This document shows positions 51,369 to 60,215 of a stretch of 64,000 nucleotides of DNA, one piece after another. The notes below the pieces were generated by a model. That model was not told where the DNA came from. It did not search any database and worked only from the letters and a program-made list of their open reading frames with translations. How positions within the stretch are numbered: position 1 is the first letter of the stretch; every line of letters starts with the position of its first letter. Both the position numbers and the translations under genes were made by a program. Source of the DNA: Spirochaetota bacterium (lineage in GTDB: Bacteria; Spirochaetota; UBA4802; UBA5550); contig JBNKTL010000005.1 in assembly GCA_050298055.1 (NCBI GenBank), positions 39,094-103,093 of the forward strand, given 5' to 3'.

Positions 51369-54300
51369 ATGACTGAAAAAGATAATGTTGTTCAACTGAA
51401 TGAGAAGACAGGACCGGGGTCCGGTGTAGGGGCTGTTATGGTGGTCGGCAGCGGTATTGCGGGGATGCAGGCAGCCCTTGATCTTGCTAACAGCGGTTTT
51501 AAGGTCTACCTCATTGAGAGGGACACGGCAATAGGGGGAAAGATGTCGCAGCTTGACAAAACATTCCCAACAAACGACTGCGCAATGTGTGTTATCTCTC
51601 CCAAGTTGATTGAAGTTGATAAGAACATTAATATAGATATTATCACAAACTCCGAGGTCATGGCTGTCGAGGGAAGTGTGGGAGAATTCGAAATTACCGT
51701 GAGGGAACACGCGCGGTATGTAGACCTTGACAAGTGTACATCATGCGGCGACTGTCTTAAGGTCTGTCCCATATCCCTGCCCAACGACTACAACCTCAAC
51801 CTCAATGAGAAAAACGCCATATACAAAAGATACCCCCAGGGCATCCCCAATGGCTATGCCATTGAAAAGGCGGACAGGGCCCCCTGCGGTCTCACCTGTC
51901 CCACGGGGATAAACGTGCAGGGGTATGTTGCCCTTGTGGGAGACGGGAAGTTCCGGGAGGCGTATGATCTCATTACCGAAAGGAACCCTTTCCCCTCTGT
52001 ATGCGGGCGTGTCTGCCACCATCCCTGTGAGGGAGAGTGTAACAGGGGGGATATTGACGAACCTGTTGCCATCAACAACCTCAAGAGGTTTACCTCTGAC
52101 TGGGTAAGAAAGAAGAGGAAAGAGGAAGGATACCAGGTTGAGAAACCGGAAATTGATTCCGGTAAGAAGAAGGTCGCCATCGTGGGCGGCGGGCCGGCAG
52201 GTCTTACCGCGGCCAGGGACCTTGTTCTCGCGGGATACCCGGTTACTGTTTTTGAGGCCCGGGAGAAACTGGGCGGCGCAATGAGATACAGTATTCCCCG
52301 GTACAGGCTTCCCGAAGAGATGCTCGACTGGGACATTAAAAATATCATCGAACTGGGGATCGAGGTTAAAACGGAAACGGCACTGGGAAAGGACTTTACC
52401 GTTGAGAGCCTCATGCAGGGAGAATTTGGGGCCGTATTTCTCGGTATAGGAGCGCGGCTGGGAAGCTCATCACGGGCGAAGGGTGAAGAACTGGAAGGCG
52501 TCATGCAGGGGATCGATTTTCTCCTGGATGTAAGCCGGGGAAAGGACGTGGATGTGAAGGGCGGTGATGTCTTTGTTATCGGCGGAGGTAACACGGCCAT
52601 CGATGCTTCCCGGACAGCACTCCGGCTGGGGGCCAAAAGCGTCACCATCGTCTACAGGAGGACCGAGGCTGAGATGCCCGCCCAGGACGAGGAGATCGAG
52701 GACGCGAAGGAAGAGGGGATCAGGATCGAGGTTCTCAATGCCCCTGTTGAATATATCGGCGAAAACGGCAGGCTGAAGAAGGTCAGGCTCCAGAAGATGG
52801 AGCTGGGAGAACCGGACGAGAGCGGCCGGAGAAGACCGGTGCCCGTTGAAGGAAGTGAATATGAAGTTGATGTTGATTATGTTATTGCCGCCATCGGGCA
52901 AAATGTTGATACGGACTGCCTCGACGGCGTGAATACCTCCCGGTGGGGGACCATAGAAGCGGATGAACTGCTTTTGACCACTAACAGGGAGGGAGTGTTT
53001 GCCGGCGGAGACGCCGTTACGGGACCTGCGTCTGTTGTTGAAGCCATCAACCAGGGACATGAGGCAGCCGAGAGCATCATGAGATTTCTTGAAGGCAGGG
53101 ACATTGCCCGGGGCCGGGAAAAGCCGGAACAGGAAATGGCCAAAGTCCCGGAGAACAGGCCTTACTACAGCAGGGAGAGGTATGAGGCCGGGAAGATCCC
53201 CGTTGAAGAGAGAAGGGGGAACTACAATGAAGTGGAACAGACATTTACCGAGGAGATGGCGGTGGATGAGGCCAAACGATGTGTTGCCTGCGGCATCTGC
53301 TGCGAGTGTTTCCAGTGTGTTATTGCCTGCCTTCCCGGGGCGGTGAACCACGACCAGGAGACCGTTGACGTAAAATACAAGGTGGGGTCCCTTGTCCTTG
53401 CACCCGGATTTGATCTCTTTGACGCTTATAAGAAGCCGGAATACGGATACGGAAGGTACCGGAACGTCATTACCTCCATGGAGATGGAGAGGACATTCAG
53501 CGCGTCCGGGCCGTACCAGGGGCATGTGAAACGGCCCTCTGACAAGACCCTGCCGCCGAGAATTGCCTGGCTGCAGTGTGTGGGATCAAGAGACGCGTCC
53601 ATCGGCCGGGAATACTGTTCATCGGTCTGCTGTACCTATGCCACAAAGCAGGCCACTCTTGCCAGGGACCACTACAGGGAGAAGGTCAGTGCCACGATTT
53701 TTCTCAACGATTTAAGAACATTCGGAAAGGGTTTCGAGCGCTACTACAACAACGCCGTGGAGAAGTATGGTGTGAGATATGTAAAGAGCTTTATCTCCAC
53801 CATTAAGGAAGTCCCTGAAACGAAGAACCTTTTGATAACGTATATAAATGAAGAGGGTAAGCTCACCGAGGAGGAGTTTGACCTTGTTGTCCTCTCCATG
53901 GGGCTTGTTCCCTCGAAGACATCCCGGGATCTCGCGGAGAGACTGGAGATCGGGCTGAACAAGTACGGATTTGTTGAACCGCAGCCCATGAAGCCGGGAG
54001 AAACATCCCGGGAGGGGATATTCGTGGCAGGGGCCTTTGAGGCGCCCAAGGACATCCCGGAATCGGTCATGAGCGCCAGCAGTGCCGCGGCACTTTCAAC
54101 GGAGTTTCTCTCAAAGTCCCGGGGTTCCATGGTAACCGGTAAGGAGTACCCCCCGGAGAAGAAGATAGGCCCTGAAGACGAACCGAGGATAGGGGTGTTT
54201 GTCTGTCACTGCGGAGTGAACATAGCGGGTGTTGTTGATGTCCCCAATGTAGTGGATTATGCCAAAACAATACCCAATGTGGTGCATGTTGAGAACAACC

Positions 54301-55847
54301 TCTTCACCTGCTCAAGCGATACCCAGGAGCATCTGAAAGAGGTCATTGAAGAACATAAGCTCAACAGGGTGGTGGTTGCCTCCTGTTCGCCCAGGACCCA
54401 TGAACCCCTTTTCCAGGAGACAATAAGGGACGCCGGTCTCAACAAGTATCTATTCGAGATGGCAAATATCCGGGACCAGTGCTCATGGGTCCACGCCACC
54501 GAACCGGACCACGCCACCGACAAGGCCAGGGACCTGGTAAGAATGGCCGTATCACGATCAAAAACCCTGGAGTCCCTCTACGAGATGCCCTTTAAAGTGA
54601 AACAGAACGCCCTGATAATCGGGGGGGGTGTTTCCGGTATGACAGCCGCGGTGGGCCTTGCAAAGCAGGGTTTTAAATCAGACCTTGTTGAGATATCGGA
54701 CAGCCTGGGAGGCAACGCGCACCATGTTCATTATACACTTGAAGGTGTGGAGCCGGGAGCATATCTCCGGGGACTTATTGATGAAGTCAATTCAAATGAC
54801 CTGATCAATGTCCGCCTGAACACGAGTGTTAAGAGGTACACCGGGCACGTTGGAAACTTTACAACGGTTGTGGAAAGCGACGGGAACCAGTTTGAGATTG
54901 AACACGGCGCGTATATTGTCGCCACGGGAGGTGTTGAATATCGGCCCCGCGAATACATGTACGGGGAAAACGAAAATGTTGTAACGCAGGTGGAACTTGA
55001 AGAGAGGATCACCGGCAGCCCCGAAGTGTTCAAGAGCGTACAAACAATTGTTATGATACAGTGCGTGGGGTCCCGGGACAGCGAACACCCCTACTGCAGC
55101 AGGTACTGCTGTTCCGCCGCGGTGAAAAACGCGCTGAAGCTCAGGGAAATCAACCCGGAGATGAATATCCATGTCCTTTACCGGGACATCCGTACCTACG
55201 GATTTAAGGAACTCTACTATAAAGAGGCACGGGAGAAGGGGATAAACTTCATTACCTATGACAAAGATATTAAACCGGAAATAAGCAAAGGGACCGGTTC
55301 CCCTCTCTCCGCGGTTGTTTATAATAAGGAGCTTGATGCCGATCTTGAGATCGATGCGGATCTCGTTGTACTCAGCGCCGCAATAAGGCCCCATCCGGAG
55401 AGCCACAGGATCGTTGAGGCCCTGAAACTCTCAAACGATCCGGACAACTTTTTCCTTGAGGCCCACATGAAGCTGCGGCCCCTGGATTTTGCCAATATCG
55501 GCGTCTTCCTCTGCGGTCTCGCCCATTCGCCAAAGCTCATTGAGGAGAGCATTTCCCAGGCCAAAGGGGCGGTATCCCGGGCCTGCACGGTCCTCTCCCG
55601 GGAGGAGATGATGGTAGGGGGGATCGTCTCACATGTGGATGCGGACAGGTGCGTGGCCTGTCTTACCTGCATCAGGGTGTGTCCCTATGATGTTCCGGTA
55701 ATCAACGCGGAGGGTGTTGCCGAGATATCCGAGGCATCGTGCCAGGGCTGCGGAAACTGCGCGGCAGCCTGTCCCCGGAAGGCCATTGAGGTCTATCACT
55801 ATAAAGACAGACAGATAATCAGCAAATGTGAGGTGCTCTTCGCATAG
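51369..55847 (+). CDS. hdrA: Large HdrA (HdrL-type) with a GltD/NfnB-like NAD(P)H domain insertion
   Basis: LDKTFPTNDC; insertion with CGRVCHHPCE, GGGPAG, GGGNTAID, VYRR; two QCVGSRD..YCS..CC motifs; second FAD site IGGGVSG; 1492 aa. Confidence 0.93.
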   Translation: MTEKDNVVQLNEKTGPGSGVGAVMVVGSGIAGMQAALDLANSGFKVYLIERDTAIGGKMSQLDKTFPTNDCAMCVISPKLIEVDKNINIDIITNSEVMAVEGSVGEFEITVREHARYVDLDKCTSCGDCLKVCPISLPNDYNLNLNEKNAIYKRYPQGIPNGYAIEKADRAPCGLTCPTGINVQGYVALVGDGKFREAYDLITERNPFPSVCGRVCHHPCEGECNRGDIDEPVAINNLKRFTSDWVRKKRKEEGYQVEKPEIDSGKKKVAIVGGGPAGLTAARDLVLAGYPVTVFEAREKLGGAMRYSIPRYRLPEEMLDWDIKNIIELGIEVKTETALGKDFTVESLMQGEFGAVFLGIGARLGSSSRAKGEELEGVMQGIDFLLDVSRGKDVDVKGGDVFVIGGGNTAIDASRTALRLGAKSVTIVYRRTEAEMPAQDEEIEDAKEEGIRIEVLNAPVEYIGENGRLKKVRLQKMELGEPDESGRRRPVPVEGSEYEVDVDYVIAAIGQNVDTDCLDGVNTSRWGTIEADELLLTTNREGVFAGGDAVTGPASVVEAINQGHEAAESIMRFLEGRDIARGREKPEQEMAKVPENRPYYSRERYEAGKIPVEERRGNYNEVEQTFTEEMAVDEAKRCVACGICCECFQCVIACLPGAVNHDQETVDVKYKVGSLVLAPGFDLFDAYKKPEYGYGRYRNVITSMEMERTFSASGPYQGHVKRPSDKTLPPRIAWLQCVGSRDASIGREYCSSVCCTYATKQATLARDHYREKVSATIFLNDLRTFGKGFERYYNNAVEKYGVRYVKSFISTIKEVPETKNLLITYINEEGKLTEEEFDLVVLSMGLVPSKTSRDLAERLEIGLNKYGFVEPQPMKPGETSREGIFVAGAFEAPKDIPESVMSASSAAALSTEFLSKSRGSMVTGKEYPPEKKIGPEDEPRIGVFVCHCGVNIAGVVDVPNVVDYAKTIPNVVHVENNLFTCSSDTQEHLKEVIEEHKLNRVVVASCSPRTHEPLFQETIRDAGLNKYLFEMANIRDQCSWVHATEPDHATDKARDLVRMAVSRSKTLESLYEMPFKVKQNALIIGGGVSGMTAAVGLAKQGFKSDLVEISDSLGGNAHHVHYTLEGVEPGAYLRGLIDEVNSNDLINVRLNTSVKRYTGHVGNFTTVVESDGNQFEIEHGAYIVATGGVEYRPREYMYGENENVVTQVELEERITGSPEVFKSVQTIVMIQCVGSRDSEHPYCSRYCCSAAVKNALKLREINPEMNIHVLYRDIRTYGFKELYYKEAREKGINFITYDKDIKPEISKGTGSPLSAVVYNKELDADLEIDADLVVLSAAIRPHPESHRIVEALKLSNDPDNFFLEAHMKLRPLDFANIGVFLCGLAHSPKLIEESISQAKGAVSRACTVLSREEMMVGGIVSHVDADRCVACLTCIRVCPYDVPVINAEGVAEISEASCQGCGNCAAACPRKAIEVYHYKDRQIISKCEVLFA

Positions 55848-55890
55848 GATGGTGCTGAAATGGATGATAACTTTAATGTTAAAAAGATTG

Positions 55891-56000
55891 GCCACAGAGG
55901 TACATTAAGTTCCAAGTTACGAGTTGAAGACACTGAAAATAAACAAAGAACTTGGAACCTGGAACCTGGAACTCAAAACTCTATTCATAACCTCTGTGGC
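55891..56000. repeat. Nested palindromic intergenic element
   Basis: GCCACAGAGG...CCTCTGTGGC outer IR around heptamer arms AAGTTCCAAGTTACGAGTT / AACTTGGAACCTGGAACCTGGAACTC. Confidence 0.7.
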
Positions 56001-56060
56001 AGATTTATAATTTAGATAATAAATACTGATTATGTTTAATAATTTAAGGAGAATGAGTGA

Positions 56061-56510
56061 ATGAGCACAGATTTTGAACCGAAAATAGCGGCATTTGCCT
56101 GTCACTACTGTTCCTATACGGCGGCGGACCTGGCGGGCTCCATGAGGCTTGACTATCCCTCTACGGTGCGGATCATCAAGCTTCTCTGCACCGGCCGTGT
56201 GGATACTATCCACCTGCTCAAGGCATTCGAAGAAGGCGCTGATGCTGTCTTCGTTGCCGGATGAGAAGAGGGCGACTGCAATTTCCTGGAAGGAAATTAT
56301 CGAGCGAAAAACCGCGTTAAATATACAAAGAAGTTACTTGATGAAATAGGGATTGGCGGAGACCGGCTGGAGATGTACAACATTGGCGCTTCCGAGGGGC
56401 CCATGTTTGCCCAGGCGGTAAAGGAGATGACCGAGAAGGCCAGGGAACTGGGCCCGAGCCCTATTACCAGGAAAAAACACCACGAAGGAGACCAGGGGGA
56501 CAGAAGATGA
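56061..56510 (+). CDS. mvhD: MvhD/FlxD-like [2Fe-2S] protein, selenoprotein (Sec68)
   Basis: FACHYCSY..AD, LCTGRVD, then VAG-TGA(56262)-EEGDCNF.EGN in the conserved GC..GDC position; read-through gives 149 aa ending in an ATGA overlap with metV. Confidence 0.93.
56280..56298 (+). promoter_or_regulatory. Putative bacterial SECIS element of mvhD
   Basis: AATTTCCT-GGA-AGGAAATT hairpin separated from the in-frame TGA by 15 nt; G-rich loop. Confidence 0.7.
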
Positions 56511-57175
56511 TCGTAGCAAATCGAAAACCCATAGAAGAGATAAAAGAGATGCTCTCTCCATACAAAAAGATATTACTTGCCGGGTGCGGGACCTGTGTCA
56601 GTGTTTGTATGGCCGGGGGTGAAAAAGAGGTGGAGATCCTTGCCAGTGAACTGAGGATGATATCCGAAATGGAAAACAAAGGCTGGGAGATCACCGAAAA
56701 GACCCTGCAGCGCCAGTGCGACAGGGAGTACATTGAACCGTTTAAGGATGATTTTGACGGAGCGGATATCGTCATGTCCATGGCCTGCGGCGTGGGTGTT
56801 CAGTATTCGGCGGAAGTGTTCCCGAAGTCTGTTGTCGTCCCGGCGCTGAATACCACATTCTACGGTACCAACCTGGGTGAGGGTGAGTGGTCCGAACGCT
56901 GCGCGGGATGCGGAGACTGTGTCCTTGACCAGACACTGGGGATCTGCCCCGTTGCCCGGTGCTCCAAGGGGCTCTACAACGGGCCCTGCGGCGGGACCGA
57001 CAAGGGGAAATGCGAGGTGAGCCAGGAGCTTGACTGCGCGTGGTACCTTATCCATGAAAGGATGAAGGAACTGGACAGGCTTGACATGATGGGTAAAATC
57101 ATCGAGCCCAGAAGCTGGAGCTCCAGCCTCAACGGGGGACCCAGAACGAGAATCAGGGAGGACTTAAAGAAATGA
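56507..57175 (+). CDS. metV: Methylene-THF reductase Fe-S subunit MetV
   Basis: GCGTCVSVC, RQC, ACGVG, CAGCGDC, CPVARCSKGLYNGPCGG, CAW; directly upstream of metF. Confidence 0.9.
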   Translation: MIVANRKPIEEIKEMLSPYKKILLAGCGTCVSVCMAGGEKEVEILASELRMISEMENKGWEITEKTLQRQCDREYIEPFKDDFDGADIVMSMACGVGVQYSAEVFPKSVVVPALNTTFYGTNLGEGEWSERCAGCGDCVLDQTLGICPVARCSKGLYNGPCGGTDKGKCEVSQELDCAWYLIHERMKELDRLDMMGKIIEPRSWSSSLNGGPRTRIREDLKK

Positions 57176-58104
57176 AATCAGGCAGTAATTTAGAAAAAGT
57201 CTTTGCAAAGGGAGAATTTGCCATAACCGGCGAGCTCGGCCCTCCCAAGGGGAGCGATGTTGAGGAAGTGAAAAAGAAGGCCGGTATGCTCAAGGGGTTC
57301 GTTGACGCGGTCAATATTACTGATAACCAGACTGCGGTGGTGAGGATGTCCAGTATCGCCGCTTCAACCATCTGCCTGCAGGAGGGCCTTGAGCCTGTGA
57401 TGCAGATGGTCTGCCGTGACAGGAACAGGATCGCGATGCAGAGTGACATCCTGGGCGCTGCCGCCTTTGGTCTCAGAAATATTCTCTGTCTCAGCGGTGA
57501 CCACCAGTCATTCGGGAACCAGGCCGCCGGCAAAAACGTTTTTGATATAGACTCCATACAGCTCATCAGCACGGTAAAGAGGATGCGGGATGAGAAAAAG
57601 CTCCTGAACAACGATGATGAACTCATGGGGGGTGCTCCCTTTTTTATCGGGGCGGCGGCGAATCCCTTCGCGGAGCCCTTTGATTACAGGCCCTACAGGC
57701 TCAAAAAGAAGGTCGAGGCGGGCGTGGACTTTATCCAGACGCAGTGCATATACGACATGGATATGTTCAGGGAGTATATGAAAAAGGTCGTTGATATGGG
57801 ACTTCATGAAAAATGCAGGATAATGGCGGGTATTACACCCCTGAAGTCCGCGGGTATGACAAAGTATATGGCCAACAGGGTCCCGGGTATCATCATCCCC
57901 CAGTCGTATATCGACCGGATGAGCGGTGTCCCCAAGGAAGAGGCCGCCGAAGAAGGGATCAAGATCTGTATCGAGCAGATGCACCAGATGAAGGAGATCG
58001 AGGGTGTGGCCGGTATCCACCTCATGGCCATCGAATGGGAGCACCGTTCCGGTGAGATCATCGAGAGGGCGGGTTTCCTCCCGCGGCCGGTTTTTGAGAG
58101 TTAG
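57172..58104 (+). CDS. metF: Methylene-THF reductase MetF
   Basis: GELGPP, NITDN, CRDRNRIAMQ, LSGDH, KKVEAGVDFIQTQ, GIHLM. Confidence 0.95.
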   Translation: MKSGSNLEKVFAKGEFAITGELGPPKGSDVEEVKKKAGMLKGFVDAVNITDNQTAVVRMSSIAASTICLQEGLEPVMQMVCRDRNRIAMQSDILGAAAFGLRNILCLSGDHQSFGNQAAGKNVFDIDSIQLISTVKRMRDEKKLLNNDDELMGGAPFFIGAAANPFAEPFDYRPYRLKKKVEAGVDFIQTQCIYDMDMFREYMKKVVDMGLHEKCRIMAGITPLKSAGMTKYMANRVPGIIIPQSYIDRMSGVPKEEAAEEGIKICIEQMHQMKEIEGVAGIHLMAIEWEHRSGEIIERAGFLPRPVFES

Positions 58105-58137
58105 AGAGGATGTTAAAACAATTTTAATAATATTACG

Positions 58138-58169
58138 GAAGGCGCGGTTTTAAGACCGCGCCTTTTTTT
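58138..58169 (+). terminator. Rho-independent terminator of the WL/hdr/met operon
   Basis: AAGGCGCGGT-TTTAAG-ACCGCGCCTT followed by a T-run. Confidence 0.85.
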
Positions 58170-58546
58170 ATAAAAAAGTATTAGTATTTAGGAGGAATTT
58201 TTCTGTTTTCCTGTGCTTTTTTGTCAGCTGAAAGTCTCTGAATAAGAAAAAAATTAGTATTAATCTTGACGTTAGTAGTTTTTTTTACTAATTTTATATT
58301 TAATAATGATGTGATGTGATAGTTTTAGTCGGGAATATATAATTAATCTCTAATACAAACAAAGCAAATTATAATTTCTCGTATATTCTTACTAAGCATT
58401 TGTACGTCCTGTTTAATTTTTGGACACATATGAAAGGACTTTTTTGTATGAAAAGGTCCTAGTTGTGGATACCGGCTTTTTCTTTTTTAAGGCTTTTTGT
58501 ATTTTAAACGGGCCTTTGGGTGGAGAAATTTCCTGGGAAAAAATAC

Positions 58547-59062
58547 ATGAAGCTAAATACAAAAATATTTCTCTTTTTGAAAATTTTATTGCATATTTCC
58601 TTCCTGACCACTGGTACTCTATCGGTTGCAGCAGAAATAAAAGTTAACGATAAAGCACCATACATTACTCTGCGCGATATCAATAACCGGCTGATATTCG
58701 GTAAAAATATACTTAAAGAAAAACCTATAATAGCCGGGTTCTTTTTTACTGATTGCCTGCCCTGTAAAAAAGAAATTCCTGAACTTGAACTCCTGAATAA
58801 AAAATACAGCCAAAAAATAAAGATGTTCCTTATTGCGACCGACAAGGAAGGCGCAGATGCGGTTGTTCCCTACATGAAAATGATGAATATTACGATCGAC
58901 GTACTAATTGATAAGTACTCCGATGTAGCGCGGGATTATGGTGTTACAAAATATCCCTCGCTGTTCATAATCGGAAGAAACGGAAAAGTGTTGTATTCAT
59001 GCTATGGATACAAAAAAGACAATATCCGGAATATAGAAAAAATCATCAAAGGCTTGAAGTAG
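58547..59062 (+). CDS. TlpA/ResA-like thiol:disulfide oxidoreductase (exported)
   Basis: Signal peptide, FFFTDCLPC, cis-Pro KYPSLFII...NG. Confidence 0.88.
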   Translation: MKLNTKIFLFLKILLHISFLTTGTLSVAAEIKVNDKAPYITLRDINNRLIFGKNILKEKPIIAGFFFTDCLPCKKEIPELELLNKKYSQKIKMFLIATDKEGADAVVPYMKMMNITIDVLIDKYSDVARDYGVTKYPSLFIIGRNGKVLYSCYGYKKDNIRNIEKIIKGLK

Positions 59063-59140
59063 AAGGAGTCATTAAACTGTCATTACAAAGAATAACCGGG
59101 CATTAAAACATATGATTAATCTTATCTATAGAGGAGAGTT

Positions 59141-60169
59141 ATGAAATATAAACATCGATTTATTAGAATAATCGTACTTTTCTGTCTTTTGTTTATATAC
59201 GATTATGCCTATACCGCAACCAGGTCCATATACATAAGGACATTTAACATTGGAAGAGGGTTGTCTAAATCCGATCCCATAGGAGATAGGATAAAAGACT
59301 ATATCTCGGAAGTAATAGTCGCGAAGGGCGGTTACACAATCACCTCCGATGATGAGGTCAGGCAGGTCATGGCGCAGGAAGAAGGCCTGATGTCTATGCA
59401 GACATGCTATGACGATACCTGCGTTAAAAAGCTTATGCAGAGCCTGAGAACGGACCTGATCATTTATGGTGTGGTTTCTCTTGAAGATGGGCGTTATCAT
59501 GTCACAGCTAAGATGCTCGATAGAAGAACAGGAACGGTAAAATTGACCAGGGTAAAGTCTCTGGAGTTCAAGGATAAGAATAAACTAAAAATGGCTTCCA
59601 TAGACCTGGCAAATTACCTGACAGAAGGTAAAAAAATTGATATGGCACGCTATGATGACGCTTATCAGGCAGTCATCGATGCTTATGAGAAAAAAAACCC
59701 TACAGGATTATCGGCTTATTTTCTTTATTTTAAACCCTCCAAGGCTCCTTTTAAAACTTATTACGATTCTCTGATGGGCGGAGGACTGGAATATTATTTT
59801 AAATTCAATGATTACTTATCTTTTGGCCCGGGTATTTATTATGTGACCGGAGACGATACAAGCGGAAACGTAACAGTATCGCTCAATTCATATTCCCTGA
59901 GCTGTCGTGCTGGATATTCTCTGCTCGGCTTTATTTATCCTTACATCGGCATAACAGGCCGTGTCACATGGTATAACGAAAGGGGTTATGATAAAAGCGC
60001 GAGCTACACCGGCTATGGCGGAGATGCCTTTGCCGGATGCTCATTCATTGTATGGCGCACGCTTACAATATGGGCCGACTATTCATTGAGTCTGGTTAAA
60101 CTGAACGACGAAGGAAGCACAGATATTAGCGTAAGTGCTATACGCGCAGGGGTAATGTATGGATTTTAA
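59141..60169 (+). CDS. Exported protein with TolB-N/CsgG-like N-domain and C-terminal beta-barrel
   Basis: Signal peptide; CYDDTC...DLIIYGVV...YHVTAKMLD; C-terminal alternating strands ending MYGF. Confidence 0.55.
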   Translation: MKYKHRFIRIIVLFCLLFIYDYAYTATRSIYIRTFNIGRGLSKSDPIGDRIKDYISEVIVAKGGYTITSDDEVRQVMAQEEGLMSMQTCYDDTCVKKLMQSLRTDLIIYGVVSLEDGRYHVTAKMLDRRTGTVKLTRVKSLEFKDKNKLKMASIDLANYLTEGKKIDMARYDDAYQAVIDAYEKKNPTGLSAYFLYFKPSKAPFKTYYDSLMGGGLEYYFKFNDYLSFGPGIYYVTGDDTSGNVTVSLNSYSLSCRAGYSLLGFIYPYIGITGRVTWYNERGYDKSASYTGYGGDAFAGCSFIVWRTLTIWADYSLSLVKLNDEGSTDISVSAIRAGVMYGF

Positions 60170-60215
60170 TCGAAAATAACTTAATTGAATAATTGACTTA
60201 TCGGAGGCAATAAAA

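Noticed and set aside
10182..58061. Long antisense or alternate-frame ORFs (e.g. 10182..11066, 45476..46345, 52470..53525)
   Set aside because: They overlap well-supported genes and show no motifs; typical shadow ORFs.
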